Of a stretch of DNA of 64,000 nucleotides, positions 27,844 through 41,200 are shown piece by piece. Under the pieces are notes generated by a model. It ran no database searches and was not told where the DNA came from. It worked only from the letters and a program-made list of their open reading frames with translations. The position numbers and the translations under genes were made by a program. Each line of letters opens with the position of its first letter. Position 1 is the first letter of the stretch. The stretch is from Podarcis pityusensis (Eukaryota), in assembly GCA_964106645.2 (NCBI GenBank), contig OZ067040.1. One strand, 5' to 3'.

Positions 27844-30800
27844 AAACATATATAAAGCCTCTTTCTGGTAGTGTTAGCATGTTCATCCACAAGGTACCGA
27901 AGCCAATTTTATACTTTCTGTGTGTACTTCGTGAATACTCAACACTTGAATGGTATCAGTGCATTCCTAGAGCAGTATGGAAGCCACTACCGCTTGTCCA
28001 ATCCCATTCTGCTCCAGGAAAGTCCATAGAGAAGAACTGTGAGTGTCTGCTGAGTGATTTGAAGCTTCCCACAGCAGTGTTGTCCCTCTCCTGGCATTTA
28101 ATTGGAACCATTTTCCTTTCTACATATATTACCAGAACGGTGTAGCACTAGACTGCTGGGAAGAAGGTTCTATGTTGTTCCAGTAGCAAATAAACCTATA
28201 GTGAAAGCATGCATTACTGTTAAGAAGTCCTAGCTCACCAAAAGGGATGCCTGTTTTTTAACATGCAGGGATAATTTACAGCAGCTTTCTAGAGGTAAAT
28301 GACATGCAGCATTGATGCAACAACAAAGGAGGCCCTGCTCTGTTTCCCAGCTGTTCATCCCTTGTACAGAATGATGCAGCTCAATTCAAGGAAATATTTG
28401 TGTCCTTCCTGAGTCTGGGTTACACTGATTGAAGCAAGTTGGAGATTGGGGTTTTATATAACTGCGCTCATTTTTGTAGGTGCTGAATTTGCAATACCAA
28501 AAGATACGTGGAAGGTCGCCTTTATTAAAGTAATCCCATAAAGCAGTTGTATCTTTATGTTTGAACTGGTTTAAACCTATTTCAGCTCCTAGCCTGTGAA
28601 AAGTTGGGAGTGATGTGGTACTTCTTTTCCTACTGGGAATAGTATCTGGTTTGGGCATTGCCCAAATAATGTTTGGTCCAGTTGCAGAGTACATATCAAG
28701 GGCTGGGAGTTTCTTCCCTTGTTCTGCAACCTTTAAAAGTGGTGTAAGAGTGCCAAACCAGCTCTATTCTTGGAGAATCTGAGTGCCAATTCCAGCACCT
28801 GATGGATGTCAGTTTCAGATTGAATATCAGGCATATTATCCTCCCCAGCCAACTTCATGTTTAGACTGAGTTGATTAGTTTTGGCATATGCTAAATATAC
28901 AACAGCTATGCCTTATTTCAAGAAGACATGAAATCGGCAGTGTCTACCTACAGAGAGAAGGAGCCACCCTCATAAATTGCTCTGTGGCAGAAGACAACTG
29001 AATAATCACGTCAGCAGAATCAAAACCTAAAATCAAGTCTCTAGACAAATATTATCGTCTAGCAGCTGGTTACTGGGGTTTTTCCCCCTTTGATAAACAC
29101 AGTTATATTCTTGAAGATGAATTTTTATTTACTTTAGCTAAATTGGGTTTTTTGTTGTTGTTGCTGAGACTGGGGAAAGGATTAGATTATATTTCTGCCT
29201 GTATACAATTGCTAACAATAAGACACCTCAGTAGAAACATTTTTACACGTTTTTTTTAGTGTCTGAAATCTCAGCCCCCAGGCTAGTACAGAAATAGGTC
29301 AGAACCATTCATTGGTAAAGGGCTTAACAAAGTGACAGTGAATGTTCCTATCACCAGGCTTCCAATAAAGTTTACTGAATCTGGTCTTGTCCCTGGCACA
29401 GGTTTCCCTCATGAGCTGTGAAATTCATGGTTTCTCTATTTTAACTTAAATAGGTAATACCTTGGATGATCTTTGTTAGGAAAGCATTCTTAAAACTATT
29501 GAACTGTTTATTGAGGATCTACAGCAATGGATTTCATTTGTAGGTCAACATATAGAATATAAGCCTAAAACAAGGTGTTTTTTAAAAGAATACCAACGGA
29601 TTGCAAGCTGTAATACATTTTTTTTAGTGGGGGTTGGAAAACCACTGAAGTATGCGGGTGCCTCAAGGGGCCAAGCAAGGGCCTTTCCGCTCAGTTCTTT
29701 TCTGACTACCACCTGAGCAGCATAAATGTCTAAATTTGAGCTCCTCTTTGAATTTGAGGCCCCCAGCCAAATGAGGCCCCCATTGACCCTGCTCCTGTCT
29801 GAACCCCTAGACAGCCACTGCCTGTTAATATATTGAATTAGATGAGTCAATGATATGAATCAGCTTCCTGAGTTCCCAAAAAGTAAGTTTTCTATTCTGT
29901 CTCTTCTGTCCAGCTTTGATGCTGGAAAACATTTATTGGGAAGGTGGTCTCCAGTCCTGTTATGCATCGTCACAGGACACACTTATTATCCAAGAAGACA
30001 GAGGATAGTATTCCTTTGGTTCTGTGAGAGTTGTAGAGCTTCCTTCTCTGATCATTTCAGTGTGCACATACATATTCCGCAAAATGGGACTGCTCAGTAG
30101 ATAGCTGGATAATAGTAGTGAAAGGGAAACAGCTCGATATTCAAAAGGATGTTCCTGTTAGATCACTTTACATGGCATGGCAATCCATTGCACATGAGAT
30201 AGCAGGCTAATGGCTTCAGGTCTGTCATTTCTTTGCTGCTTTCATTGTATTGACAAATGTCACTCATGTCTTTGTGTCTGTGCCCTTTGTGCATCACGTT
30301 ACAATGTCTATCAGACAGCATTGGGCAAGATTTGCATAAGGAAAGGTTTCCAGGCTACCATCTGGGTGATCTGTCTAATCCTTCCCCCGATTCCAATTTA
30401 TCAATGATAGATGATATTAATTTCAAGACTAGACAGGAAGAGGGTAAAGAAGGGGGAGGGGATATATTTAAACATCATTGCCTGCCTTACATAGTTGAGG
30501 TTTTTGTCATATCAGAGAAAGAATTGGGAGAGCGATTCAGCCACTTAGCTTAATAGCACAGCTGGTGGAACAGTAGGGAGTCTGGGTTAAAGCTTTAGCT
30601 AGGTCATTATTTTCTGCCTTCACCAAAGCAATTCAGTTTGTGAAAAGAAATTGGCAAACAAACACTAAACATAGTATACAGAATTTAAGCATGTAGGATC
30701 TTATAAGAAATGAAGTATACTTCTCAATTCCCTAGAAACTTGGCACCTTGGAGAGGAAGTGAATTGGTATTACCAGCCTTTATAGTGGGAGACAAATTTG

Positions 30801-31175
30801 CTAAGGTGGCAGGTTGTGTGACTATTATTTCACCCAAGCAACAGAGAAACATCTTTTGTTGAACTGGTGTGAAGAAACATGTCAATCATTCTGCACACAA
30901 CAGCAGGTGCAAACATGAAAATAAGCGGTTGCAATGCCAAGTAGAAAGGGTATTGTGTGTTATTGCAGTCCAGTGAACCTTCACTACTTTCATACCGCCC
31001 AGTAGTGGCCACTGAAGTGCTTGAGTTTATATTAGCTAATGGAACTGCTCACCAAAAACACTCTTCGTTTCTGTAGCTGCTGTAGCATCAAAATAAAACA
31101 ACAGCAAGTAGTGGGATTGTTTATAAAAATTAATGTGACAAGTCAGGTTTGCATTAGCTGGTTTTCTTCCCATAG

Positions 31176-31203
31176 ACATTTATAGGGGGCCCCCTATAAA
31201 TGT
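31176..31203. repeat. Perfect 28-bp spacerless palindrome
   Basis: ACATTTATAGGGGG|CCCCCTATAAATGT, read directly. Confidence 0.95.
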
Positions 31204-33532
31204 AGTATTTGACATTTTGTGAAGTGGAAGATGATGTGTTATTAGGGGTAGTTAAGAGAGCGCCCTTCCTTCACTTTCCACTGCTTCTTTGATTTGGTTC
31301 CAATTGATTTTGTAATGCTTCTTCCCATCTGCTGAGATGAGTGCTTTGGTAATGCAAATGTTTAAAGATGGTGTTTTGTTAACAGTCCATTCTATCTACT
31401 ATAAATATCATTCCCTGCACCCCTTGTATCCCGAGAAGATAAACTGAAAATTTGAACCTCTCTTACTTACAACCGGCCTATCCATCTCCTCTTACATTTA
31501 AATTTACTTTTTGTTCTTTGACAGCAAGTTAAACAATCAGCTTGGCTTTCAGCTTACATATCAGTCCAATAGATCCTTTGCATGAAAGCTCATTGCATTT
31601 GTCATTTCATTACTGTTAGAGTGAAAAGTGTCTTATTACCAATATCATCTCAGTCTTCACGTTGTTCTGATTTGAACAGATTACTCTTAATATAATTCAT
31701 GTATCCACACACCAAATAACACTGCACTCACTAGAATATCTTTATCACCCTCGTGTTTGATTCTGCTCATCCTGGAAATACAGTCATAGTCTGTTGATAC
31801 GATCAGTAAGAAAAAGCAAATTGTCACTGAATACTGTTTGCTAAACATTGTCAGATTTGTTAGAGGCTGTGACTGTACTTGACAGCCAGACCACTTATTT
31901 ATGTCCAAGTACATTGTAGCATTGGGGAAATGTTTGTATATTGAGGCAGTAATTTCTTCTAACTTCTGTCCTTTTGCTTATTCCATTTCTTTCCTGATTT
32001 CATAGCCTGTCTGTTTCTTCTTCCCTTTACATTTCCTTCCAAATCTCTATCTCCCATTTGTAATATTCAGTCCCTAGAGAGATTAATGCTAGGAAAGTGA
32101 AATTGCACCTCCCCTCTGGGAAAGTTGTACAAATTCAGCGTTTATTGGCACAATCCTTGGAGAAGAAAATATGAGTTCTGGTCTGAGCGCATCCTTCATT
32201 TGAACAATTCTCCTTTTGGACTTATACTTCCAGTGACTCTTGTCACTTCTGTTTCTACAGAAGCTATATACCTTCACTTAATGTTTAAAGTACTAGTTTC
32301 CTGTTTGTTAAGACTTGTCTAAAGAACAGTTTTACTCATGGCAGGCTTGGTATTGCAGTTCTAAATAAGGTCAGAGGCGACAGAGTGGTGGTGGGGAGGT
32401 ACCAGGTAATCAGGTTTGAGCAACAGTTGTTCTGTCAAACTGTGCCACCTGTGCTAATCCTAATAGTCCTCTTTCAGTTTCTTGGAGTAGCAAAGAACAG
32501 ACTAGTGCAGTCATCCTGAGGATTGCAAATTGCATCTGGGCTCCTGCCAGGCACTTATATAAACCCTTCCTCTAGAAGCACTCTCCTCAGCATCAAGGTG
32601 AACCCATTAAACATGAGCACCCAAACTACTATTTAAAAATTGATTGGATTCACTGAAGGTCACAAGATATTTGCCTTAGTTCTCCTCCACAAAACAAAAT
32701 AATAAATTGCTGCATCTAAAATACCGTACCTTTACTGTTAGTTCTCTTGAGTGGTGCAGGCTGGTTGGTGTCTTAAATATGACCTTTGTGATCAGCTGCT
32801 ACAACCCCAAACTCTTGGGATGACTGTCTAGAGAGCAGTAAAATGGCTAGGATAGGTAAAACAGGTATTGGTATTTGATTGAATATTCATAATCTGTGTC
32901 CATGTCCATTAGCAGCAATCGTCAAAGATATTTGAATGCTTCTTCCACCACTTTCACAAAGCTTACAAGAAGTACCCTTGTGCAATCTGTCTTAATGTCA
33001 ATCTGCCTAGAATACTTAGTCCATATAACATTGATTGTTCTGCCTTCAAGGTAATTGCCAATTCCTTGTTTTCTCAGCTTGTTTTATTTTAATATTAATC
33101 CATTATCTTACTATTGAATTTTGCACAGCTTTTACATGTGGAGTAAATTCCAAACCGCATAATTAGTATTGTGTTCACAAATGATGCCCTTAAGTAATGT
33201 CATGTGTTATCTATGATTTGGAATTCTGCCGTGGCTTTCGTGCATCAGCTCTCCATATATAATGATATGTGATACAAATAACCATTGCCTTAAAACAATC
33301 TTCCCTAAGCTGGTGTCCTTGAGATGTTTTGAGCTACAACTCCCCTCAACCCAAGCCAGCAAGGGATGGGAGTTTTAGTCCAAACATCTGGATGGAGGGC
33401 ACTAGGTTGGTGAAGGCTATCTCAAACCAAAGTTTTAATGTTCGGGGGGGGGGGGGTTGGTAAAGAAATGTTTTGAGTTTTCCATGTGGAAGTATTTAAT
33501 TTGTTCCTGTGTTGTGTTTATTTCTCTTTTAG

Positions 33533-33712
33533 GTTTCCTGGCAGGCATTCAGAGAAACCCTCAATTGTCTCAGTACACGCCTCAGCAAACTGGACCATCT
33601 ATGTCACCCCATCCTTCACCCGGAGGCCAAATACATTCTGGAATTGGTAGCTTTCCACAGAGCAATTCAAGTGGTACTTATGGAACTCAGATGAACCAGT
33701 ATGGGCCACAAG
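33533..33712 (+). CDS. ARID1B: ARID1B internal coding exon, 180 nt, phase 1-1: (G)[59 protein letters not shown](G)
   Basis: Acceptor tttctcttttag, donor AAG|gtaaaa. Lies within ORF 33457..33732. Near-identical to recalled ARID1[34 protein letters not shown]. Confidence 0.96.
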
Positions 33713-35591
33713 GTAAAACAGATAACACATAAAATAACCAGCTCTTAATCAGTCTTTAATAAATGCTATAGAACATTTCTAATCCTGCAGAAATTTATGT
33801 GTTTTTCTTTTTATATTTTTATAAAAAGACTACACACACACACTCCTTTTATCTTTATTATTCCTTTGTGGATGTCTTGAAAAAGAGTTATTATGAGAAA
33901 TATTCTTAATTTTAAAAATACTAGCTGAACATAATTGAAATACAAGCGTCTACCCCCCATTTTTATTCTAAACAGATAGCAAGAATTCATAAGTTCACAG
34001 CCTGCACAAAACAGCACCTAATATGTACCTCCGGTCACAAATGTGCTTTCTGTTGCTTGTAAGAAGTTGGTTTAAGCCTGTTTCAAAATATCACATGGAT
34101 TAATCTTCATCTCAGAGTCTTCCTTGGAAAGTGAACTCAGTTCTGAGTGCCTGCCTTACATGAAACTCTATTCCCCTGGAAATACCCCTCTCCCATGTGG
34201 ACATTGGGGGCAGGGTGGAGGACAAACTCCCACGTTCTACCTCTACAACTTTTTGGAATTATTTTCTAGGAATTAAGATGAAGGGGTGGTTCCAGACAGA
34301 GCCAGCATTAACTTTCTTGGGCACCTTCCAAGATCCAGGAGACCCAGCATTGATTCCATTCCTGCCCCACCTACATTGTACTTGACAACTGGGTGTTCGT
34401 GCTGCCCATTATTTTAAATACCCACAATGTCCTGGAGTAAAGCTGCAGTGGCAGGCACCTAGTAACTGCTCAGCAAATATCACAGCAGTTCTGCTGCTGC
34501 TGCCCACCACAATCAGTGGATAAAATCCTATGATCCTGCTGATTTAGGACAGGACCCACTAGAGGACACTTTTTCAGGGAACCCTGTCAGAAAAAAGAAT
34601 ATAATATCAATCAGTCTTTATTGTGGTCAAAGTCCAGACAGCAAAGTTAACAACAACAACAACATAAGCCACAACAAATAATATCAGAATCAAACATCCA
34701 TGTGAATATTTAATTCCAATACAGTTCTTCCTCCAGAAGGATTTTTATAAAACATTGTTGTACAATAAAATTTAACATTGGGCTAATATATAGAAGACGT
34801 CATGTAGTTTTCTGGTCAGTTTTTATAGACCTTTGCAGTCACCAACAACATTCACATGTCATCAGGTTTTCAGAATTATTTTATTTAAAATAAAGGCCAT
34901 ATCTTTTAGGGCAGGGTGAGTGGAAAAGTAGAAACTCATAATTTTTGTGATGAACTGTCCCACAGTTGTTAGGATCATAGAAGAACAGATTATGCAAATC
35001 TTCATCTGCACCTCCCAGCACTTCTCACTCCTGCTATTATTCTAGCCACGGGTCAGCACCACTCAGTTCAAAGAAATGTTGCCTTGATATATTTGATCCT
35101 AAAGTATGCTCATTCATTTGTGAGGGGAAGCTAGCTAGCTGGCAGCTAGCTGGTGTTTTTATTTTTAGCCGACAAGAAGCCTGCTTGCATTCAAGAGCTT
35201 GTGGGTGAAACATGTTCGTTAGCTCAGATCTTAATATCTGAACATCAGTAATTGGCAATAGTACAGCTGAAACTTCCAAAATGTAGCAGATTTTTCTTGT
35301 AGAGTAATAGCCACTACTAAGGCACTTAAGAGATATGCCTGGCTTATATCCATGTGGCTATAAAACGATAGCAAACTGAAAGAGGAAGTGTCTATTGAAG
35401 GAGGTTGTCTCTTTTGACTAGCCCAGATGGTTCAGTTTACTCTTAGTTCATTGGCAATCACCCCTTAATTCTGAAAAGGTGTACTGCTTCTGTGACTATT
35501 CATGTACTTCTGCATCATACATAAGTTCATCCTTCTTATATGGGTTGTGGTGGTGCCAACTTATTTTGAGTAGCTACCGGTTTGTCCAAAG

Positions 35592-35786
35592 CATAGGAGC
35601 CAGTTCTTTGGAACCAAGGTCCCTTCAACCCTGCCCCCTAGTAAAATATTTGAGGGGACTACCCCCCAAAAAGGTTGATGGGCACTGCCATTCAAATGAT
35701 GCATGTGTGCCACATCTTGTAAATGATTATGTGGGGTAGGGCTTACCTGCCCCACCCCCAATATTTTATTCAAGCTGGCACCCCTG
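35592..35786. mobile_element. hAT MITE, CATAGGAGCCA...CCTG family, copy 2
   Basis: Perfect 8-bp TSD GTCCAAAG (35584-35591 and 35787-35794). Short imperfect TIR cataggagccag / ctggcacccctg. Confidence 0.85.
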
Positions 35787-36632
35787 GTCCAAAGTGAGCA
35801 GCTATCTGTAGTTAATGCTTGTAATGTAAGTGAGGCGAAGTAACTCAGTTCACAGAATAAATATAGTAATGTTGGTGTGCATGTCTGTAGCTCAGTCCAT
35901 GTTAAGTAGACCAGGAATTGATTTCTCAAAAGTCTTGACAGAATGCAAAAAGATCATACTTGTGGATCATAAACTTTGGGTTGCCTTGGGCAAGATAAAG
36001 TTACTAACAAATTTAATACATAATAAATCATTTTTTAAAAAAATAAACTTCATTCATTGGTAAAGTTAATTTAGAGATGTGTGAAGTTAGTCAGTTTGAA
36101 AGTGTCAGTCACAACTGTCAAACAATTTGCAAGTTAAAGTTGCCTGTTGTGACATTTCCAGGATATGCTGCAGACTAAAGATTTTCAAGTTGTGGCCAGC
36201 TTTTTGAATAATGCAGACAATTTCAGCTGAGTGCTAGAAGACAGTAGCTGATATCCAATTGTTACAGCCAGCTTGTGCAACAGCCATTCTGCTGCCAGGA
36301 GGCCCTAGTTTACCACAACAGCCAAATTCAATTGACGTCTTGTACTTGTGAAATATGTTGTGCAACCCCTAGCACAACTTCTGTAGTTTTTATTATTATA
36401 CTTGGTGACAGTTAAGCCTATGTGCATAGTTAAGCCTATACAGGACAGGGGAACGGGGGTGAGGAATGTCAGGAGTTCAGCCTACACTCGAGTAGGAGTG
36501 TAGGCTCTAACAAAGAAGTCCCATTGCACAAGCAGAGGTTGTTCCACTCACACTTAGTTAAATATGCTCCTCAGACTTTAAATTGAGGAGCATGGACGAA
36601 ATCAAAAGGTACCAATGTGAAAGGAGCAATAA

Positions 36633-38211
36633 CACTGGGCAACAATTTTTTACTTTTTGAATGTTGTCTAGATTTCTACAACTGATTTAGGGTATTTTTG
36701 CACTGCTGAATCAGGAAATGGCATCCGTTTCGCTCCATCAGGTCAGGTTTTTGTGCTATGTTGATTTGAAAAAAAAACAGATCTTGTGACAAAATCAGTT
36801 ACATTTTTGTGGCATTATCAGCTGCTTTTTGTCAACACATATCATCCTAAATATGTTTTTAAGAGAAAAAAATGTTTTTCCAACAACATATATTGATTAT
36901 CTGATCGAAACATCGATTACTGTAAACTGAATGGTGGCCATTGATAAAGGTAAGTACATGTAAATTGCATGTTGCTTCACCATTTTTCAAACTTCAGGGC
37001 TTGAACTTCCGTTTCTTGGAACTCTGGGAATGCTCAGTGGCAGGGAGGTCTCTCTTCAGAGTCCAACAGTAGTCATCCATCATGACTGCATCCCAGCGAC
37101 CCTGATACCTGGTCTCCATCTCTTTCATGTCCTGATGGAATCTCTCCCCCTGATTGTGACTCATTGAACCCAGGTTCTCAGGAAACCAGTCCATATGTGA
37201 AAATAGGTAGTACATCTTGACGCTCATGTTGCAGCCCAGGTTTCTGAAAGCAGTCAGCATGTTGTTGACAAGTTCTGCGTAGTTTCTGGCCATATTGTTG
37301 CCAAGAAAGTTCTTCACTACCGGAACAAATGCCTTCCACGCTTCCAGTTCCACTTCGTTCATTGAGTTTCCGAACTCTGGATCTCTGATGAGCTGACGGA
37401 TCTGAGGACCGTCAAAGATGCCAGCTTTCAACTTCTCCATGGTCAATCCTGGAAAAGCCTGGCACAAGTAAGTGAAGCAGTCACCATCCTTGTCCAGAGC
37501 CTTGGTGAACTGCTTGATTAAGCCGAGCTTGATGTGCAGCAGTGGGAAGAGTATTCTGTCTCTGTCCAGTCCACCAGAGGGTCGTTGATGACGTTCCTTT
37601 TTCTGCAAGGCACCAATTCCTCCCGCACAGGCCAGTCCTTCTTCGTGTAATGCTGAGCACGATCCCTACTATCCCACATGCACAGAAAACATGGGTACTT
37701 GGTGAAGCCAGACTGTTGTCCCAACAAAAAGTTCACCATCTTCAGGTCAACACAAATAAACCACTTATGCTGATCATAACCAATTTTCTCCAGCACATAC
37801 TTCACCGCTTCATAGTTCTCCTTCAGTGTACTCGAGTGAGCCAGGGGTTTTGATCCCCCAACTGTATGCTTTGCCACACCAATTTATGGAAGATTTCGAG
37901 GTTTTATGACTTCAAACTGATCCCTTTTTGACATAATCACCCAGAACTATCGAACCTGAATACTTCTTGTCATTAAAATAATCATTTCCAATCAAAACAA
38001 TTATTCGACATGGCATTTTACCCCCACCAACTTCTTCTAAAATGCTCCACACAAGCGTACATGTGAACAAAATATTAAAAAATGACATGTGGCCATAACT
38101 CAAAAACTTGACCTGATTGAGCAAAACCAATGTGATTTTTAGATTCAGCGCATCAGATTCGTCCTAAATCAGCTGAAAAAACGCAGACAACAAATTTGTT
38201 GTTGACCAGTG
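36633..38211 (-). mobile_element. Chapaev3-type (CMC superfamily) DNA transposon, internally deleted, 1579 bp
   Basis: Termini CACTGGGCAACAA... and ...TTGTTGACCAGTG. Imperfect TIRs of about 110-120 bp (36633-36753 vs 38101-38211). 3-bp TSD TAA (36630-36632 and 38212-38214). Transposase remnant inside. Confidence 0.9.
36994..37847 (-). pseudogene. Chapaev3 transposase, C-terminal half, frameshifted
   Basis: ORFs 37518..37877 and 36994..37608 give PLAHS..ENYE..DLKMVNFLLGQQSGFTKYPCFLCMWDSR and LHIKLGLIKQF..GIFDGPQIR..QGERFHQD..RYQG..MMDDYCW, ending in basic SSKKRKFKP. A GTCCA duplication at 37564-37573 causes the frameshift. Confidence 0.88.
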
Positions 38212-41200
38212 TAATGAATTCTGCATTACACTAGATTTTATATTTCACAGTAGGAAGCAGATTAAAGATGCAATCATAACTCTGCTTATCTGGGAGTGAG
38301 CCCTATTGAATTCAATGGGACATTGGAGTAAATATGGTTAGGATTGCAGCCTTAGCACCTATAAGTTGCCCCTAGAAACAAAGTCAACTCTCAATCAACA
38401 CTGCTGAAGAAAGAAAAGCAATGGAGCTCCTTATGGGACAGCAGGAATTATATATGATTGAATATGTAAACAGTAAAGCAATTTACATCTCTATTTGCAT
38501 ATAATGTCCACTTGTTTAGAAAAGCATTTATATAAGAATCCATGTCAGCTCAATGGTCCATTTTCAACAGATTCCTCCAACATTCTTAATCTCATCCAGT
38601 GGCATGGCTACAATATATTTGTTCGGGCCAATTAAATGGGTAAGTGGTTTTTATGGGGTGGTGGTCCTGTAGACCATTCTGTGCTGCTTGGAAGAAAGTC
38701 AGGATAAAAAATAAATAAGTGTTGAATTCTTTCTAGCAGACTTCACATGAAAGTTGTAATGTTTAAATTGGCCCTCAGAGGCATTGTTGAAGAACTATAG
38801 CCAGTCATATGAAACCTTCGTTTTTGCAGTGTTTCATATTGCAACTTTATTGGCTCACCCTCTGTGGGTTTGCACGCTTTTCAGGTTTGTCCAAAACGTT
38901 AGATATGAACGAACACAGATTCCAGTAAAAGTGCATGTTGCTTGCCAAAACTCACCTAGCTTCACTGTAAAACCTCCGAAGAGGTTGCCATAATTACTAT
39001 ATCCCTTATCTTCCTGGCATATACTGAGACCCACTGATCTTTTCCCAACAGCTTATTTGGAGGAGAGTTTTTTTTTTAATGGTGTGGTTTTCTGAACATA
39101 ATATACAGTACTTTATGGTTTATTATTCTCAACCAAAATGTCATTTTTGTCATAGAGCTGTTCTTCATTTTAAAGTTTTTTCTGTCCAGGCAACATAGAT
39201 CATAATTATTTACTGGAATATTTCATCTTAAAATATTGTTCCTTTAGTGTGAACAATAGGTATAAAAATAGACTTCATTGTAGATTAATTTTACTGGTAC
39301 ATAAAGCCTTTGGTGAATGACATTAAACTGATACTAATTCTAGGCTAGTTTCTATGTGGATTTTGATGCTCCTAAACTATTGGTCCAGTTCAGACATCAT
39401 GGCCTCTGACTCACATGGCCTCTGGCTTTGGTCTCCTGTTCCTCCTACAGTTGCTTGTTTACAATAGCTATAGTTAATTTTACTTACAAGTCAGGGCTGA
39501 GAAGCTAAGATCAAGCACAGTGAGGCATGGTCTAGTAGCAGGGTCTTGAAGTCAAACACAGCAGAGTGGTTCGAGGGTAGACAGGATTCCAAAAACAAGG
39601 TATTAGCAAGTGTTGGTGGTAGCAGGACAGTCAGGATAGGAGCAATAAGCTGGCTTGCCCAAAACTAAGGACTAGTGTTCTTCAAGAAACTAAGAGTTTA
39701 TGTATCTGGTCACCCAAATCGGCTGCAACTGATTAGCCTAGCCTTCCAAGTTCCCTGCTCCCATGTAGGCCATTATTCCTGAGAAGTCCCATTCTTACAA
39801 ACCTAGAGTGGGGGTTGAATGAACCTGGGAAGAAGCTAAGTTCATTCAAATAGTGCCTGAATATATCACTGATAGTTTGTGCAGTTTGCACTTCATCCTG
39901 TGACCAATCAAACTAGGGAACTACTTTTTTTAAAAAAAAAAAAGCATGAAAATCAACATATAGTTTTTGTATGTTATGGTTTTTTGGACAAAAAATCCCT
40001 ACATTGTTCCTGATCCCAGTAGTTGTACAGCTCCTTCTCTTCCATTATAATCACCTGGTGTGCCGCCCACCCATGAACATAATGTTTTAGTTGTGGCATA
40101 AGTATTCCATCTTTTGACTTCTTGATCTGTATATAGACATGACAGAAAGGACCTCCATTCACTTTCGTCTCATATGGTTTTAAAGCAAGATGTAATACAA
40201 CAGACCTTTGCCTCAAATACAGCTTTTGTAGTGAGTGCTTTGAGTTCTGCCATACAAAGATTTTCTATCCATTTATTTCTCTGCTTCACATAAAGACTTT
40301 CCTTCATTGATGGAGGATGCGGGAAAGCCTGTGAGGATTCAACATTGTTTAGTGTGTATTGTAATATATTTACTGTAGAGAGGAAACATAACATTTGTGC
40401 TGTTTAAAGAAGCCTTCAGTTTCTGTGAGCTCCCTTATTACATGTTTTAGAATTTTGGGGGAATATTTTAAAGAGCTTTAAAACTCTTGTTGACTCCAAT
40501 TGAAGAGATGATGCCAAAGACTGCTTTGACTGCTTTGTTTTCCATGAGCTAAGTTTAAAGTTAATAGGTTAAATCCAGTTGTGTCTCTCTACTGGCAGAA
40601 GGCTATTTGATCCAGTAGAAACGTCCTTGAGTAGAAAGGTAGAAGAGACTGTTTTTAGAAATTTCACCTTTCTTCTGCAGACCCCTCTGTGACACCTCTC
40701 ACACTGTTCGAATCTAAGGGGTCCCCACCTTAGAGGGGTGCAGAGAGCAGCAGATGTAAGGGGGAATCAGCAAAAATAATCTCTTCCCATTTTCTCCTCA
40801 TGGAAACCTCCAGTAGATCAAAGAGCCTTCCACCAACCATTGGATGCAACCATATTTCATTAAGTGTTTCAACTTGCCAACCATTTTAGCAAATTCTTCA
40901 GCTGCTTGCAAGGATTTTTGGACACAAGTGTTGACAATAGTTCTGTTCTGTTGTGAAATTGCTTAATTGGGATAGTAATTTTAGTCCACTAGATGGATTA
41001 TTTAATCTGCTTGTTTTAGAAGCTATTTGATTGCCTCTAATTCCACATTAGTTACTTCGCATGGTTGCTTTTGGTGCCTGCATGTAATGATGCCACTTGG
41101 AAACAACAATGGTTGAATCCTCTATAGGCAGATTCATCCATTTCTCTAGTTTTCTAAACTGAACTGTGAATTGGGTACATTGCTGAATGGCAGCAGTTTT

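Noticed and set aside
36633-38211. Domesticated RAG/Transib-like recombinase gene
   Set aside because: It retains TIRs and a TSD, is frameshifted and lacks its N-terminus, so it is a dead transposon copy rather than a host gene.
39490-39850. Possible solo LTR remnant
   Set aside because: The texture is suggestive, but no TG...CA boundaries with a TSD could be fixed.
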